IMG/VR virus record: IMGVR_UViG_3300032295_003395
Source: an uncultured virus (IMG/VR IMGVR_UViG_3300032295_003395)
Taxonomy: Duplodnaviria; Heunggongvirae; Uroviricota; Caudoviricetes
DNA length: 54,376 bases
Strand: one strand, 5' to 3'
Part shown: positions 20,849-29,354 of the stretch, piece after piece
Position numbering within the stretch: position 1 is the stretch's first letter
Layout of the letters: the number at the start of each line of letters is the position of its first letter
Notes under the pieces: model-generated
What the model was told of the DNA's origin: nothing
The model's database searches: none
The model's input: the letters and a program-made list of their open reading frames with translations, nothing else
Program-made: the position numbers and the translations under genes

Positions 20849-20863
20849 GGGAAATAGACTGTT

Positions 20864-23524
20864 ATGCAAAAATTGTTATATATTGCCCCACATTTATCAA
20901 CAGGCGGACTCCCACAATATTTAACCAAAAAAATAGAATTACTTAAAGATACCTATGAAATATATCTTGTAGAATGGGTTGATTGTACTGGAGGAGTTTT
21001 AGTAGTAACTAGAAATAAAATAGTTGATTTAATTGATTCTGATAAATTCTTTACTTTAAAAGATGATAAACATGAATTAATTGATATTATACACCGTGTT
21101 CAACCGGATATAATTCATTTAGAGGAAATTCCTGAATTCTTCATGGATGACGAAATTGCCCGCCAAATATACGTGCAAAACCGTAATTATTCTATAGTAG
21201 AAACATCTCATGATTCATCTTTTAACACAGATGAAAAACGTTTTTTTCCGGATAAATTTATGTTTGTATCTAATTGGCAGATTCAACAGTATAAAGATTT
21301 AAATATTCCTAAAGTATTAGTAGAATATCCTATTGAATATACTGAACGTCCTAATAGAGAAGAAGCATTAATTAAATTAGGATTAGATCCTAATAAAAAA
21401 CATGTTTTACACGTTGGGTTATATACCTCACGTAAAAACCAGGCAGAATTCTTTGAATATGCTAAACACTTCTCAGACATTGAATTTCATAGTTTAGGTA
21501 ATAGAGCAGATAATTTTAAATGGTATTGGGAACCATTAGCTCAAAACCAACCATCAAATTTAACATGGTGGAATGAACGTTCAGATGTAGATGCTTTTTA
21601 TCAGTCAATGGATTTATTTTTGTTTACATCTCGTGGACATGAAAATGATAAAGAAACAATGCCCTTAGTTATTAGAGAGGCAATATCATATAAAATCCCA
21701 ACCTTAATCTATAATCTCCCAGTTTATTTAAATTATTTTAATAAATTTGAAACTATTGATTACTTAAAGTTTGATGATTTTAAAGTTAATTGTGATAAAA
21801 TTGCTGAAAAACTAGGAACTAAAGAATCAAATCCAAACGAAGAAATTTTTGTATTATCTACATTCCCTGTAAGTGATGCAATAATTGAAACAACAATAAA
21901 AACAATAGATTCAATCCACGCTAGAGGAACAAAAGTATTAGTTACATCTCATATTCCTGTTCCTTTTGAAATCGAAGCAAAAGCAGATTATGTTGTTGTA
22001 GATAATAATAATATTTTAACTAAACATTCTTATTATTGTAATTATTGGTCAGATCTTTCTGATCATAAAGTTCATATTAATTTAAGAGGAAATGATAATG
22101 ATGTTTATCATGGTCCCAGTGTACATTCAAATTATGTAAATGGTGCTGCTTTAGCAAAAAGTTTAGGATATAAAAAGTTATTCTTTATTAACTTTGATTA
22201 TATTATTCAATCATCACACCATATTGATAAAATATCTAAAATATTAGATACTAAAAAAGCATATTTTGGAAAATATAAAGCATCAGAAGGTGATGCATTA
22301 CATACCTATTTTTGTGCTGTTGATTCTGATTTTTTCTTTGATCATGTTCATCAAGTATTTAATGCTGAAGAATATGAACATTTACGTTTCCAAATAGGAA
22401 GCGAAAGTAATGGACTTGAAAATATGTGGTACCATATATTTAAAAGAAGTGCTGATAAAATCTATTTTGAAGACATTGAAACATTTGATAAAAAAAGTTT
22501 AGAAACTTTTAATCATTTTGATTTTTCCCAAGTAGAATATTTTACTGTTTTACCTACTAATATTCCTAATACATTTGCACCTTATATTAGAATTTCTAAT
22601 AGTAAAGAATCAAGACTAATTCAAATAGCTGTTTTTGATAAAGATAAAAATAAAGTATTTTTTGATGAATTAAATGTAGAAAGTAAAACTGATTATTATA
22701 AAGTTCTTCCATATGAAGAAGGAATGGAAGTAAAATTTGTTATAAGTAATTATCACAAAATATTAAAAATCATAAATATTCAAGTTGAAAACTTAGAATT
22801 TAACGGAAGTTTAGAAGTTAAAAACCCAAAAGCAAAAATTAAATTAATGCATTTAGTTACTGAACCTGATTCAAACCCAAAAGAAATCAGATCAGTAGAA
22901 AATATAAAAGATTTTTGTAACAAAACAGGTATTACTTACGAACAACGAGTAAACAAAATTTGGACAGAATTACCTCCTGTTGATACTTGTGCTCGACCTC
23001 AAGATGTTCAAGATAAACCTGGATATTATAAGTTAGCCCCGGGTCATTATGGGTGTTATTTGGCACATAAAAATGCTATATGTGCTGATGATAATAACAA
23101 TTATGATTTTGTGTTAATTGTAGAGGGTGATGTTATAATCGATAGTAATTATCAAGAATTATATGATTCATTGATTCGATTTAATAAATTATCATATCAA
23201 ACAGATATGGATGTTATTGGATTTGGTAATCCTTGGCAAGATAGAAATTTAAATGGACCTAAAGTTGAAGACATATACACAAATGTAACCCCATTTATTC
23301 CAGCACAATCCTATTTGATTAATAATATTAAAACTAAAAGAATTAAAACATTATTAGAAACACTTCCTTGGGATGCTATTGATTTATGGATGTGTAATGT
23401 AGCTGGTTTAAAAATAGGTACAGCAGAAAAAATATACACCAAACATCTTCCAGGTTTTAGTATTATAGAACAAACAATTAAAGATAGCAAAACAGATAAT
23501 CCATTAATCTTCGTACAAGAATGA
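20864..23524 (+). CDS. Multidomain glycosyltransferase (GT4-like N-domain, unknown middle domain, GT25-like C-domain)
   Basis: PHLSTGGLPQY...DLFLFTS..ETMPLVIREA (GT-B); GHYGCYLAH...LIVEGD...AQSYLI...AIDLW (GT25-like). Confidence 0.8.
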   Translation: MQKLLYIAPHLSTGGLPQYLTKKIELLKDTYEIYLVEWVDCTGGVLVVTRNKIVDLIDSDKFFTLKDDKHELIDIIHRVQPDIIHLEEIPEFFMDDEIARQIYVQNRNYSIVETSHDSSFNTDEKRFFPDKFMFVSNWQIQQYKDLNIPKVLVEYPIEYTERPNREEALIKLGLDPNKKHVLHVGLYTSRKNQAEFFEYAKHFSDIEFHSLGNRADNFKWYWEPLAQNQPSNLTWWNERSDVDAFYQSMDLFLFTSRGHENDKETMPLVIREAISYKIPTLIYNLPVYLNYFNKFETIDYLKFDDFKVNCDKIAEKLGTKESNPNEEIFVLSTFPVSDAIIETTIKTIDSIHARGTKVLVTSHIPVPFEIEAKADYVVVDNNNILTKHSYYCNYWSDLSDHKVHINLRGNDNDVYHGPSVHSNYVNGAALAKSLGYKKLFFINFDYIIQSSHHIDKISKILDTKKAYFGKYKASEGDALHTYFCAVDSDFFFDHVHQVFNAEEYEHLRFQIGSESNGLENMWYHIFKRSADKIYFEDIETFDKKSLETFNHFDFSQVEYFTVLPTNIPNTFAPYIRISNSKESRLIQIAVFDKDKNKVFFDELNVESKTDYYKVLPYEEGMEVKFVISNYHKILKIINIQVENLEFNGSLEVKNPKAKIKLMHLVTEPDSNPKEIRSVENIKDFCNKTGITYEQRVNKIWTELPPVDTCARPQDVQDKPGYYKLAPGHYGCYLAHKNAICADDNNNYDFVLIVEGDVIIDSNYQELYDSLIRFNKLSYQTDMDVIGFGNPWQDRNLNGPKVEDIYTNVTPFIPAQSYLINNIKTKRIKTLLETLPWDAIDLWMCNVAGLKIGTAEKIYTKHLPGFSIIEQTIKDSKTDNPLIFVQE

Positions 23525-24480
23525 AAATATGCCAAGTAGACCCAGGATGTGGTATTCCAATTCCACCTCCAGCATGGGGAGCTATTGAAAAAATAGTTTG
23601 GGAATTCAATAATAATTTAAAAAAATTAGGACATGAAGTTGACATTAAAATGTCAGGTCAAATCCAACCAGGTGATTATGATATAGTTCACTGTCATGTA
23701 GCTAATTTAGCAATTCAATTAGCTGAACGAGGTATTCCTTATATTTATCAACTTCACGATCACCATGCTTATCACTTTGGTAAAGATTCTTATGTTTATA
23801 AAGAAAATTTAAAAGCAATTGAAGGTTCAATTGTATCTTTAATGCCTGCTAGATTTTTAGTAGATTATTTTGATCATCCAAAATGTGAATATTTTTCTCA
23901 TGGTGTAAATACTGATGAAATATACTCGGTTAATAAAATTAAACCAACTTCACCAAAGTTATTAATGATAGCTAATAATGGTTTAGCAGGTAATCCTACT
24001 TTTGATAGAAAAGGGTTTACATATGGTTTAGGATTAGCTATGTTAAATAATCTTGAAATTACAATAGCAGGACCATCAGATAATAAAAGATTTTTTAATG
24101 AGCATTTGTGGATGTTAAATTATCCTAAATTAAATTTGGTTTTTGATACTCCTAATAGTAAATTATTAGAATTGTATCATGAACATGATATTTTTGTTCA
24201 CCCTACAATGTTGGAAGCTGGTCATCCTAATTTAACAATGGTTGAAGCAGCATCAGCAGGTTTACCTATTATTGCTGATTGGGAAAAAGAAACTGATTTT
24301 CATGGTGCTTGGAGAGCTCCTAGAGATATATTTGAAATGGATAGAGGTTTAAAAGATATTATGGATAATTGGGATTCTTATAGAACAAGAATTTATAACA
24401 CATCTCAAAAATTGTCATGGTTTAATCGTTCAAAAGAATTAATTAAAATATATGAAAGAAGTTTTAATCAAGGAATATAA
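23521..24480 (+). CDS. GT4-family glycosyltransferase
   Basis: IPPPAWGAIEKIV, HGVN, RKG and DIFVHPTMLEAGHPNLTMVEAASAGLPII motifs; ATGA coupling. Confidence 0.88.
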   Translation: MKICQVDPGCGIPIPPPAWGAIEKIVWEFNNNLKKLGHEVDIKMSGQIQPGDYDIVHCHVANLAIQLAERGIPYIYQLHDHHAYHFGKDSYVYKENLKAIEGSIVSLMPARFLVDYFDHPKCEYFSHGVNTDEIYSVNKIKPTSPKLLMIANNGLAGNPTFDRKGFTYGLGLAMLNNLEITIAGPSDNKRFFNEHLWMLNYPKLNLVFDTPNSKLLELYHEHDIFVHPTMLEAGHPNLTMVEAASAGLPIIADWEKETDFHGAWRAPRDIFEMDRGLKDIMDNWDSYRTRIYNTSQKLSWFNRSKELIKIYERSFNQGI

Positions 24481-25654
24481 TAATCTAACTCAACTTAATT
24501 TACCTTATAAAAAAGCTAGTAATAAATTTATTTTTCATTTTTTAAAAGGTGCATATCTAGAAGTAGTAGGTTCTGAATCAAGAAAATATATAATTAAATT
24601 TATTGATAAACTAGAGGATAAAATTATATATGAAACCGAAATAACAAACAATATGTGGACCAAACCAGGTATTGAATATTTTGTTAAATGGAGAATTGAA
24701 GTTTATGATAAAGAAAATAATGAATTAGTATTTGAACATGACTATGATGCTAAAAACAAAAGAGTTTATATTCACCTAGAATCCTCAGCAATCGGTGATA
24801 CACTTGCTTGGTTTCCTTTTATAGATGAATTTAGAAAAAAACATCAATGTCATGTTATTTGTTCTACATTTCATAATGAATGGTTTGAACAAGAATATCC
24901 TGAATTAGAATTTGTATCCCCCGGTACTGAAGTACATGATTTGTATGCTATGTATAATATTGGGTGGTTTTATAATGATGATAGAACAGTAGTAAAATCA
25001 AAAATTCCAATTGATTTTAAACAATACCCTTTAGGAGAAACAGCAACATCTGTTTTAGGTTTAAAATATATTGAAACAAAACCAAAAATTACAGTACCTA
25101 ATAAATCTAAACAAATTGATGGGAAATACGTTGTTATAGCACCACACGCTTCCGCACACGCTAAATATTGGAATCATAAAGGTGGTTGGCAATCTGTAAT
25201 TGATTATTTAAATGAACAAGGTTATAAAGTAGTAATGATTACTCATGAACCTTTAGGAGATAAATGGCATGATTCTAAATTAGGAGGAAAACTAAAAAAT
25301 GTAGTTGATAAAACTGGTAATTATCCTATTGAAGATAGAATGGTAGATATAAAAAATGCTGATGCTTTTATAGGTGTTGGTAGTGGTTTATCATGGTTAG
25401 CATGGTCTATAGGTACACCTGTAATTCTAATTTCAGGATTTAGTTTACCTTATAGTGAGTTTACAGATTGTGAACGTATTTTTAACTATGATTCTAATAT
25501 ATGTACAGGATGTTTTAATAAACATTGGTTAAATCCTGGTGATTGGGAATGGTGTCCTGAAAATAAAAATACATATAAACAGTTTGAATGTACTAAAACT
25601 ATTAAACCTTCTAGAGTAATCGAATCTCTTAATAAAGTCCTTAATATTTATTAA
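24452..25654 (+). CDS. Aah/TibC-like protein O-heptosyltransferase (BAHT family)
   Basis: AIGDTLAWFP, AKYWN..GW, FIGVGSGLSWLAW..GTPVILISGFS.P..EF and the four-Cys motif CTGC...WCP...FECTKTI. Confidence 0.85.
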   Translation: MKEVLIKEYNNLTQLNLPYKKASNKFIFHFLKGAYLEVVGSESRKYIIKFIDKLEDKIIYETEITNNMWTKPGIEYFVKWRIEVYDKENNELVFEHDYDAKNKRVYIHLESSAIGDTLAWFPFIDEFRKKHQCHVICSTFHNEWFEQEYPELEFVSPGTEVHDLYAMYNIGWFYNDDRTVVKSKIPIDFKQYPLGETATSVLGLKYIETKPKITVPNKSKQIDGKYVVIAPHASAHAKYWNHKGGWQSVIDYLNEQGYKVVMITHEPLGDKWHDSKLGGKLKNVVDKTGNYPIEDRMVDIKNADAFIGVGSGLSWLAWSIGTPVILISGFSLPYSEFTDCERIFNYDSNICTGCFNKHWLNPGDWEWCPENKNTYKQFECTKTIKPSRVIESLNKVLNIY

Positions 25655-25655
25655 T

Positions 25656-25895
25656 ATGGATGAAATAGTTCTAACTCCAGAAGAATTATCAGTTTTAAAA
25701 GAATTAAAGAATAAAAGAGATATATTATCTAACAGTTTTGGTGATTTAGAAATAGAATACCAAACTAAAAAACAATCTCTCTTACACCAGTTACATAAAA
25801 TAAATGCCACTCATGAAAAAATTGGTGTTTTGTTACAACAAAAATATGGAGATGGAACCATAGATATCAATACAGGTATATTTAAAAAAACCTGA
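25656..25895 (+). CDS. Small coiled-coil hypothetical protein
   Basis: 79 aa ending KYGDGTIDINTGIF; late motif at 25644-25653. Confidence 0.65.
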   Translation: MDEIVLTPEELSVLKELKNKRDILSNSFGDLEIEYQTKKQSLLHQLHKINATHEKIGVLLQQKYGDGTIDINTGIFKKT

Positions 25896-25922
25896 TTTTG
25901 AAGATTTTTAACATATTTATAA
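25894..25922 (+). promoter_or_regulatory. Extended late promoter for tail sheath, GATTTTGAAGA-N8-ATATTTAT
   Basis: Matches 4021-4047 in sequence and spacing. Confidence 0.65.
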
Positions 25923-25943
25923 CAAAACAAAATTAATTTTAAA

Positions 25944-27674
25944 ATGGCAGAAACATTAATATCACCAGGTGTACTTGCAAGAGAAAATGATAACTCATTC
26001 GTTTCAACAAGACCTATTAGAAATAGTGCCGCTATTGTCGGACCAACAGTATTGGGACGAGTAGAAGTTCCAACTATTGTTACTTCTTATAGTGATTACA
26101 CTAACAAATTTGGTTCTACTTTTATAAGCGCTAGTAATGTTTATTCTTACTTTACATCAATTGCTGCTTATAATTTCTTTGCTAACGGAGGTGAAACTTT
26201 ACTTGTAACTAGAGTAGTAAGTGGAACTTACTCACCTGCAACATCATCATTTATTTCAGGAAGTTCAACAGGTTCTTATGCTAGTGGTAGTGCATTTACT
26301 TTAACTACTATTTCTGAAGGAACTATTATGAATAGCACTAGTGCAGTAGATATTAGTGGTTCTTTACTTTCAGGATCTGTAAATAATATTAGATGGGCAA
26401 TCCAAAACTCTTCCACTTCATCAGGAACATTTGATTTATTAATCAGAAGAGGTGATGATAATACTAATAACCAAATTGTATTAGAAACATGGACTGGTTT
26501 ATCATTAGACCCAACTGCTCCTAACTTTATTTCAAGAATAATTGGTGATCAGTATGATGAATTAGATGTAAGTACTAACTCAGTACAAACATATGGTAAT
26601 TATCCAAACAACTCAAGATATGTTTATGTATCTGCTATTGATCCTGATTTCTTAATGCCTTATTACTTTGATAATAATGGTAATCCAAAGTCACAATATG
26701 CTCCATACATGCCTGCTAACAGTAATGTAAGTGGTACATTTGGTGCAGCTGTAGGTACTGTAGCACCAAGTGCTAATTTCTATAATGCTATTAATGGTAC
26801 AAATACTCAAGGATTAGTTGCAAATAACTATACAGCTTCAGTTGCTTTGTTATCTAACCAAGATGCTTACCAATTTAATGTGTTAGTAACTCCTGGATTA
26901 TATAATTCTGATGCTAACTACGGACCAGTAATGACTACTATTATCAATAACACTCAAAATAGAGGTGATAATATCTATGTAGCAGATTTAGTACCATATA
27001 GTTCAAGTGTAGGTACAGTAACAGCACAAGCAGGACAAAGAAATACTTCATATGCTGCTTCATACTGGCCTTGGGTTCAAATCGTTGAACCAGATTCAGG
27101 TCAATTAGTATGGGTTCCAGCTTCAACAGTAATGCCAGGTGTGTTTGCTTACAACGATACAGTATCTGAACCTTGGTTCGCACCAGCAGGTATTAATAGA
27201 GGTGGATTAAATCTTGTAGTTAGAGCAGAAACTAAATTAACTCAAACTCAAAGAGATAATCTTTACTCAGGTAATGTAAACCCGATAGCTACTTTCCCTG
27301 CAAATGGTGTTGTAGTATATGGTCAGAAAACATTACAAAAACAAGCATCTGCTCTTGACCGTGTGAATGTTCGTCGTTTGTTAATTGCTCTTAAAAATTA
27401 CATCTCAGGAGTAGCTCAAAACTTAGTATTCGAACAAAATACTATTGCTACAAGAAATGCTTTCTTAGCTGCAGTAAACCCATACTTAGAAACAGTACAA
27501 CAAAAACAAGGTTTATACGCTTTCAAAGTAATCATGGATGATAGTAACAACCCAGCTGATGTGATAGATAGAAACCAAATGGTAGGTCAGATTTATATCC
27601 AACCAACTAAAACGGCAGAATTTATTTATCTAGATTTCAACATCTTGCCAACAGGTGCTACATTCCCTGGATAA
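25944..27674 (+). CDS. Contractile tail sheath protein (T4 gp18-like)
   Basis: SPGVLARE, YWPWV, PWFAPAGINRG, NPIATFP, GQKTL, LDRVNVRRL and PTKTAEFI motifs. Confidence 0.96.
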   Translation: MAETLISPGVLARENDNSFVSTRPIRNSAAIVGPTVLGRVEVPTIVTSYSDYTNKFGSTFISASNVYSYFTSIAAYNFFANGGETLLVTRVVSGTYSPATSSFISGSSTGSYASGSAFTLTTISEGTIMNSTSAVDISGSLLSGSVNNIRWAIQNSSTSSGTFDLLIRRGDDNTNNQIVLETWTGLSLDPTAPNFISRIIGDQYDELDVSTNSVQTYGNYPNNSRYVYVSAIDPDFLMPYYFDNNGNPKSQYAPYMPANSNVSGTFGAAVGTVAPSANFYNAINGTNTQGLVANNYTASVALLSNQDAYQFNVLVTPGLYNSDANYGPVMTTIINNTQNRGDNIYVADLVPYSSSVGTVTAQAGQRNTSYAASYWPWVQIVEPDSGQLVWVPASTVMPGVFAYNDTVSEPWFAPAGINRGGLNLVVRAETKLTQTQRDNLYSGNVNPIATFPANGVVVYGQKTLQKQASALDRVNVRRLLIALKNYISGVAQNLVFEQNTIATRNAFLAAVNPYLETVQQKQGLYAFKVIMDDSNNPADVIDRNQMVGQIYIQPTKTAEFIYLDFNILPTGATFPG

Positions 27675-27690
27675 AAAATTTAAATATTAA

Positions 27691-27700
27691 ATATTTATAA
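27691..27700 (+). promoter_or_regulatory. Putative late promoter core ATATTTATAA
   Basis: Intergenic, 22 nt before the tail tube ATG. Confidence 0.6.
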
Positions 27701-27722
27701 TAAAATTAAATAAAATAACAAA

Positions 27723-28211
27723 ATGGCAATATTAGATTCCAACGAAATATTTTTCACCGCGTTTGAACCAAAACAGGCGAACCGATTCATCATGTATATT
27801 GATGGTATCCCTTCATACGAAATCAAAGGTGTAAGTGCTATTACGGTAAACTCAGGTACTGTTCAATTAAACCACATCAACGTTCAACGTTATGTTAAAG
27901 GTATAACAAAATGGGATCCTATTACATTTACTCTTTACGATCCAGTAACTCCATCAGGTGCTCAGGCAGTAATGGAATGGGTACGTTTACACCACGAATC
28001 AGTAACAGGACGTGATGGTTATTCTGACATGTATAAGAAAGATTTAACTATGAACATCTTAGGACCTGTAGGTGATATCGTTTCCGAATGGATTTTAAAA
28101 GGATGTTTTATTACAAGTGCTAACTTTGGTGAATACAACTGGGATACAGCAGATACAGCAGTAAACCTTACAATGGCAGTTCAACCAGATTACTGTGTAT
28201 TGAATTTCTAA
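27723..28211 (+). CDS. Tail tube protein (T4 gp19-like)
   Basis: EPKQANRF, WDPITFTLYD, VMEW and WILKGCF motifs; follows the sheath gene. Confidence 0.92.
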   Translation: MAILDSNEIFFTAFEPKQANRFIMYIDGIPSYEIKGVSAITVNSGTVQLNHINVQRYVKGITKWDPITFTLYDPVTPSGAQAVMEWVRLHHESVTGRDGYSDMYKKDLTMNILGPVGDIVSEWILKGCFITSANFGEYNWDTADTAVNLTMAVQPDYCVLNF

Positions 28212-28237
28212 TAAGAAAATTAAAAATAAATCGAAAA

Positions 28238-28268
28238 GAGCTCGCATTTTTTGCGAGCTTCTTTTTTT
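28238..28268 (+). terminator. Rho-independent terminator after tail tube
   Basis: AGCTCGCA/TGCGAGCT stem followed by TCTTTTTTT. Confidence 0.85.
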
Positions 28269-28273
28269 CTCAT

Positions 28274-28283
28274 ATATTTATAT
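28274..28283 (+). promoter_or_regulatory. Putative late promoter core ATATTTATAT
   Basis: Directly after the terminator, upstream of ATG 28313. Confidence 0.6.
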
Positions 28284-28312
28284 ATGACAACAAAGTTATA
28301 CAAATAAAAATT

Positions 28313-29059
28313 ATGGAAGAAACTAAATTTAAATTTCCTACTGAAATAGTAGAATTACCATCAAAAGGTCTTCTTTATCCTGAAGGTCATCCTTTATCCA
28401 ATGGAACTGTTGAGATAAAATATATGACAGCTAAAGAAGAAGATATTCTCACCAACATGAGTTACATTAAACAAGGAGTTGTAATTGATAAATTACTTCA
28501 GTCACTTGTTGTAACTAAATTTAATTGGGAAGATTTATTGATTGGAGATAAAAATGCAATCATGGTTGCAGCTCGTGTTTTAGGATATGGTAAAGATTAT
28601 CCATTCACATATGAAAACGAAGAAATAGTTATAGATCTTAATGAATTACCTACTGTTTATTTAGATGAAGAAAAAGTAATTCGCGGTGTTAATGAGTTTG
28701 AATTTGAAACTCCCACAGGAAAAAACAAACTTACGTTTAAATATTTAACATCAAAAGACGAAAAATCAATTGAAGCTGAAATTAAAGGTCTTAAAAGACT
28801 TAATAAAAATTCCTCAGCGGATATTTCAACTCGTTTAAAACACCAGATTCTTTCAGTCGATGGTGAATCCGATCCAAAAACTATTCGTGATTATGTAGAT
28901 AATTACATGTTAGCTAAAGATTCAGCAGCTTTTAGATCACATATTAAAATAACACAACCTGATATTAAAATGACATTTATACATGAGGGCGCTAATGGTG
29001 ATGAGGAGGTCACCGTGCCCATGCAGGTCCAATTTTTTTGGCCTGACTCAAGAGTATAG
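28313..29059 (+). CDS. T4 gp26-like baseplate hub/tail assembly chaperone
   Basis: VELPSKG..YP, IKYMTAKEEDIL, DLLIGDKNAI..AR..GYG; ends FFWP; lies between tube and tape measure genes. Confidence 0.8.
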   Translation: MEETKFKFPTEIVELPSKGLLYPEGHPLSNGTVEIKYMTAKEEDILTNMSYIKQGVVIDKLLQSLVVTKFNWEDLLIGDKNAIMVAARVLGYGKDYPFTYENEEIVIDLNELPTVYLDEEKVIRGVNEFEFETPTGKNKLTFKYLTSKDEKSIEAEIKGLKRLNKNSSADISTRLKHQILSVDGESDPKTIRDYVDNYMLAKDSAAFRSHIKITQPDIKMTFIHEGANGDEEVTVPMQVQFFWPDSRV

Positions 29060-29291
29060 ATATCTGTTATTTAAACAAATCCATGAAATAGTATTTTATG
29101 GACGAGGTGGGTATGATTATATTACTATTTATAATATGCCTATCTGGCTCCGAAAAATCACATTTAAATTCATCCAGGATTCAATCAATCAGGAAAATGA
29201 AGCAAAACAAGAAGCTCATAATAAAGCTTTAGGAAAAAATGGAAAAACCACTTTAGATTGGGCAAATCCTGATAGAAGTAAATTAAAATAA
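29040..29291 (+). CDS. gp51-like chaperone domain, probably reached by frameshift from the upstream gene
   Basis: QIHEIVFYGRGGY..IYNMPIWLR begins just after the T7 run at 29033-29039; no plausible start of its own. Confidence 0.6.
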   Translation, partial: GLTQEYRYLLFKQIHEIVFYGRGGYDYITIYNMPIWLRKITFKFIQDSINQENEAKQEAHNKALGKNGKTTLDWANPDRSKLK

Positions 29292-29294
29292 AAG

Positions 29295-29337
29295 TATTAA
29301 AAAGGCATCAAATTCTGGTGCCTTTTAATATTTATAA
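29295..29337 (+). terminator. Hairpin/terminator overlapping the late promoter core (29328-29337)
   Basis: TATTAAAAAGGCATCA-AATTC-TGGTGCCTTTTAATA inverted repeat, then ATATTTATAA. Confidence 0.7.
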
Positions 29338-29354
29338 CATATACCTCATTTTAA

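Noticed and set aside
28983..29039. ATG 28983 as the start of a 102-aa protein
   Set aside because: The N-terminus is an implausible overlap with the gp26-like gene; a frameshift at the T7 run explains the ORF better.
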